Part shown: in pieces, positions 22,283 through 24,000 of the stretch
Layout of the letters: every line of letters starts with the position of its first letter
Position numbering within the stretch: the stretch's first letter is position 1
Origin: Enterovibrio paralichthyis
GTDB taxonomy: Bacteria > Pseudomonadota > Gammaproteobacteria > Enterobacterales > Vibrionaceae
Reading direction: 5' to 3'
Assembly: GCF_019209835.1 (NCBI RefSeq)
Contig: NZ_JAHUTS010000003.1
Span: 299,380-323,379, forward strand
Length of the DNA stretch: 24,000 nucleotides
Made by a program: the position numbers and the translations under genes
The notes under the pieces: generated by a model
Seen by the model: the letters and a program-made list of their open reading frames with translations, nothing else
Told to the model about the DNA's origin: nothing
Database searches by the model: none

Positions 22283-23659
22283 ATGATTGAGCCCCTTCTA
22301 AGCCTGCTTTTCGGCATTTTTCTTATCCTGGCGATTATTGCAGCAAACGGTTATTTCGTTGCTCAAGAATTCGCATACATGGCAGTAGACCGCGCAAGAC
22401 TCGCGACCTTAGCAGCCACCGGCGATGCAGCCGCCAAGCGCGCGCTTGCCGTTACCAAACGTACGAGCTTTATGCTTTCCGGTGCCCAGCTTGGGATCAC
22501 AGTGACAGGCCTTGTGCTTGGTTTTGTCGCAGAGCCGCTGGTCGGTAAGTCTCTAGGTCAAATCCTGCAAAGCTTTGGATTTTCGCTGGAAGCAGGTATC
22601 GCCATCGGTACGGTTGTCACCCTTGGTGTGGCAATGGTTGTCCAAATGGTCTTTGGTGAGCTGTACCCGAAAAACCTAGCCATTGCGAATGCAGAGCCGA
22701 TGTCCCGCATGATGTCTCGCTCGACACTGATCTACATGAAAGTGTTTAGCTTGTTCATCAGCTTCTTCGACAAGTCAGCTAACCTGCTGCTGCGCGCGGT
22801 GCGTATTGAGCCGGTTCACGATCTGGATGTGAGCGCGTCGGAAGAAGACCTGCACCACATCATCGCGAACTCGCGCGATAGCGGCGACTTGCCTGTTGAG
22901 CTGTCACTGATGATGGACCGCATCCTGGATTTCCCAGAGCGCGATGTAGAACACGCCATGGTGCCGCGATCGCAGGTGGACTGGGTTGAACCGGAGACCA
23001 CGTTGACCGAACTGCTGTCGCTGATGAAGCAGGCGCATACGCGTTACCCGGTTATCAACGATGATGACGCGCCTGTGGGTGTGGTTCACCTTTCCGATGT
23101 GCTGGCGCATATCGACGCTGGTAACACAGACGACACGGTAGCCTCAGTGATGCGTCCTGCGACTGTGTTGCCAACGCTGATGCGTCTTCCGAACGCACTG
23201 GATCAGCTTGTCACGTCTACCAATCAACTGGCTTGTGTTATCGACGAGTACGGCGGCTTTGCAGGCGTGTTGACGATTGAAGACCTGGCGATGGAAATCG
23301 TGGGTGAAATCACCGACGAGCATGATGCCGACGCTGGCGAAGCGGTGGTATCGCAAAGCGATAACGTCTGGCTGATGGAAGGTGATGTTCACATCGACGA
23401 AGTAGAACGAGCGATTGGTTATGATCTGCCAAAAGACGATGTAGAAACCATCGCAGGTCTGTTGATAGCTGAGCGCGGTGCACTGCCGGAAGAAGGTGAA
23501 ACGGTTAACATCGACCTGCCTGTCGATCCGTCGGAATTTGCATCCGGTGAGCTGTTCAAACGCCATCTAGAGGTGGAAGTGTTACGCATTGAGCGCCACG
23601 TACCGACCGAGGTTCGCGTGAAGCTGGTAGAGCAACCAATCATGGAGGGTGAAGAATGA
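22283..23659 (+). CDS. CNNM/DUF21-CBS-CorC_HlyC family protein (hemolysin-family, putative divalent-cation transporter)
   Basis: N-terminal DUF21 TM domain (ANGYFVAQEFAYMAVDRARL), a CBS-pair region and a C-terminal CorC/HlyC-like domain. ATG at 22283 with SD aagggagga. The ORF-track start is 22238. Confidence 0.85.
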   Translation: MIEPLLSLLFGIFLILAIIAANGYFVAQEFAYMAVDRARLATLAATGDAAAKRALAVTKRTSFMLSGAQLGITVTGLVLGFVAEPLVGKSLGQILQSFGFSLEAGIAIGTVVTLGVAMVVQMVFGELYPKNLAIANAEPMSRMMSRSTLIYMKVFSLFISFFDKSANLLLRAVRIEPVHDLDVSASEEDLHHIIANSRDSGDLPVELSLMMDRILDFPERDVEHAMVPRSQVDWVEPETTLTELLSLMKQAHTRYPVINDDDAPVGVVHLSDVLAHIDAGNTDDTVASVMRPATVLPTLMRLPNALDQLVTSTNQLACVIDEYGGFAGVLTIEDLAMEIVGEITDEHDADAGEAVVSQSDNVWLMEGDVHIDEVERAIGYDLPKDDVETIAGLLIAERGALPEEGETVNIDLPVDPSEFASGELFKRHLEVEVLRIERHVPTEVRVKLVEQPIMEGEE

Positions 23660-24000
23660 GCACGGATCCATTGATTGTTACTCTGGTCACTGCCGCTCTC
23701 ATCATATTGAGTGGCTTCTTCGTTATCATCGAGTTTGCCTTGATGGGCGCACGCCGCCACCGCCTTGAAGAAATGGCAGTGGAAAGCGCATCAGCACGTG
23801 CAGCACTGCGTGGCATGAATGACCTGACGCTGATGCTGGCAGGTGCCCAGTTAGGTATTACCTTCTGTACCTTTGCATTGGGTGCGGTAACCAAGCCTGC
23901 GGTTGACCATTGGGTTGGCCCTGTGTTCCTTGCAATGGGACTGCCTTACTGGGCAGCCGATGCAGCGGCCTTTGGTTTTGCGCTATTCGTGGTCACCTTC
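23656..24000 (+). CDS. Second CNNM/DUF21 family protein, 5' partial (continues beyond the window)
   Basis: ATGA start/stop overlap with the previous gene. My own translation gives MSTDPLIVTLVTAALIILSGFFVIIEFALMGARRHRLEEMA...LAGAQLGITFCTF. It stays open to position 24000 and is absent from the ORF track because it has no stop. Confidence 0.75.
   Translation, partial: MSTDPLIVTLVTAALIILSGFFVIIEFALMGARRHRLEEMAVESASARAALRGMNDLTLMLAGAQLGITFCTFALGAVTKPAVDHWVGPVFLAMGLPYWAADAAAFGFALFVVTF

Overview
This window looks like a chromosomal segment of a gammaproteobacterium, probably Vibrionaceae-like. That placement is an inference from gene content and one VCR-like attC site. Most of the window is GC-rich by eye and densely coding.

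Genes and clusters, left to right:
- 1-1990: an AT-rich islet of small membrane-protein ORFs, all on the minus strand. It has at least one integron attC-like site.
- 2018-2896: a DMT/EamA permease.
- 3069-11323: an ebg-type cluster on the minus strand, ebgR, ebgA, ebgC and two tandem YgjI-like APC permeases.
- 11579-13351: an AraC-family regulator divergent from a glutaredoxin plus DUF417 (RclC-like) pair.
- 13414-14002: a gene remnant and an orphan ORF.
- 14063-16469: a LysR regulator divergent from an MDR oxidoreductase plus ABM monooxygenase pair.
- 16732-18917: a GNAT, a small ORF, lipocalin Blc and an SGNH hydrolase.
- 19209-20933: formate-tetrahydrofolate ligase.
- 21025-21981: a DMP19/DUF4375-like protein plus a GNAT.
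- 22283-24000: two translationally coupled CNNM/CorC-family genes, the second cut by the window edge.

I saw no rRNA, tRNA or CRISPR array.

The most unusual items:
- A 270-bp highly structured MITE-like element is present twice (4506-4775 and 16466-16735). It is flanked by CTA...TAG, the IS630-type CTAG/TA signature. The substitutions between the two copies preserve base pairing.
- The left-edge cassette-like islet encodes a short protein whose C-terminus resembles a colicin-type pore-forming domain. A small hydrophobic ORF follows it directly.
- A 9-bp x 7 tandem repeat lies between ebgR and ebgA.

All functional calls come from reading the translations and from remembered family features. 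No database search was run.
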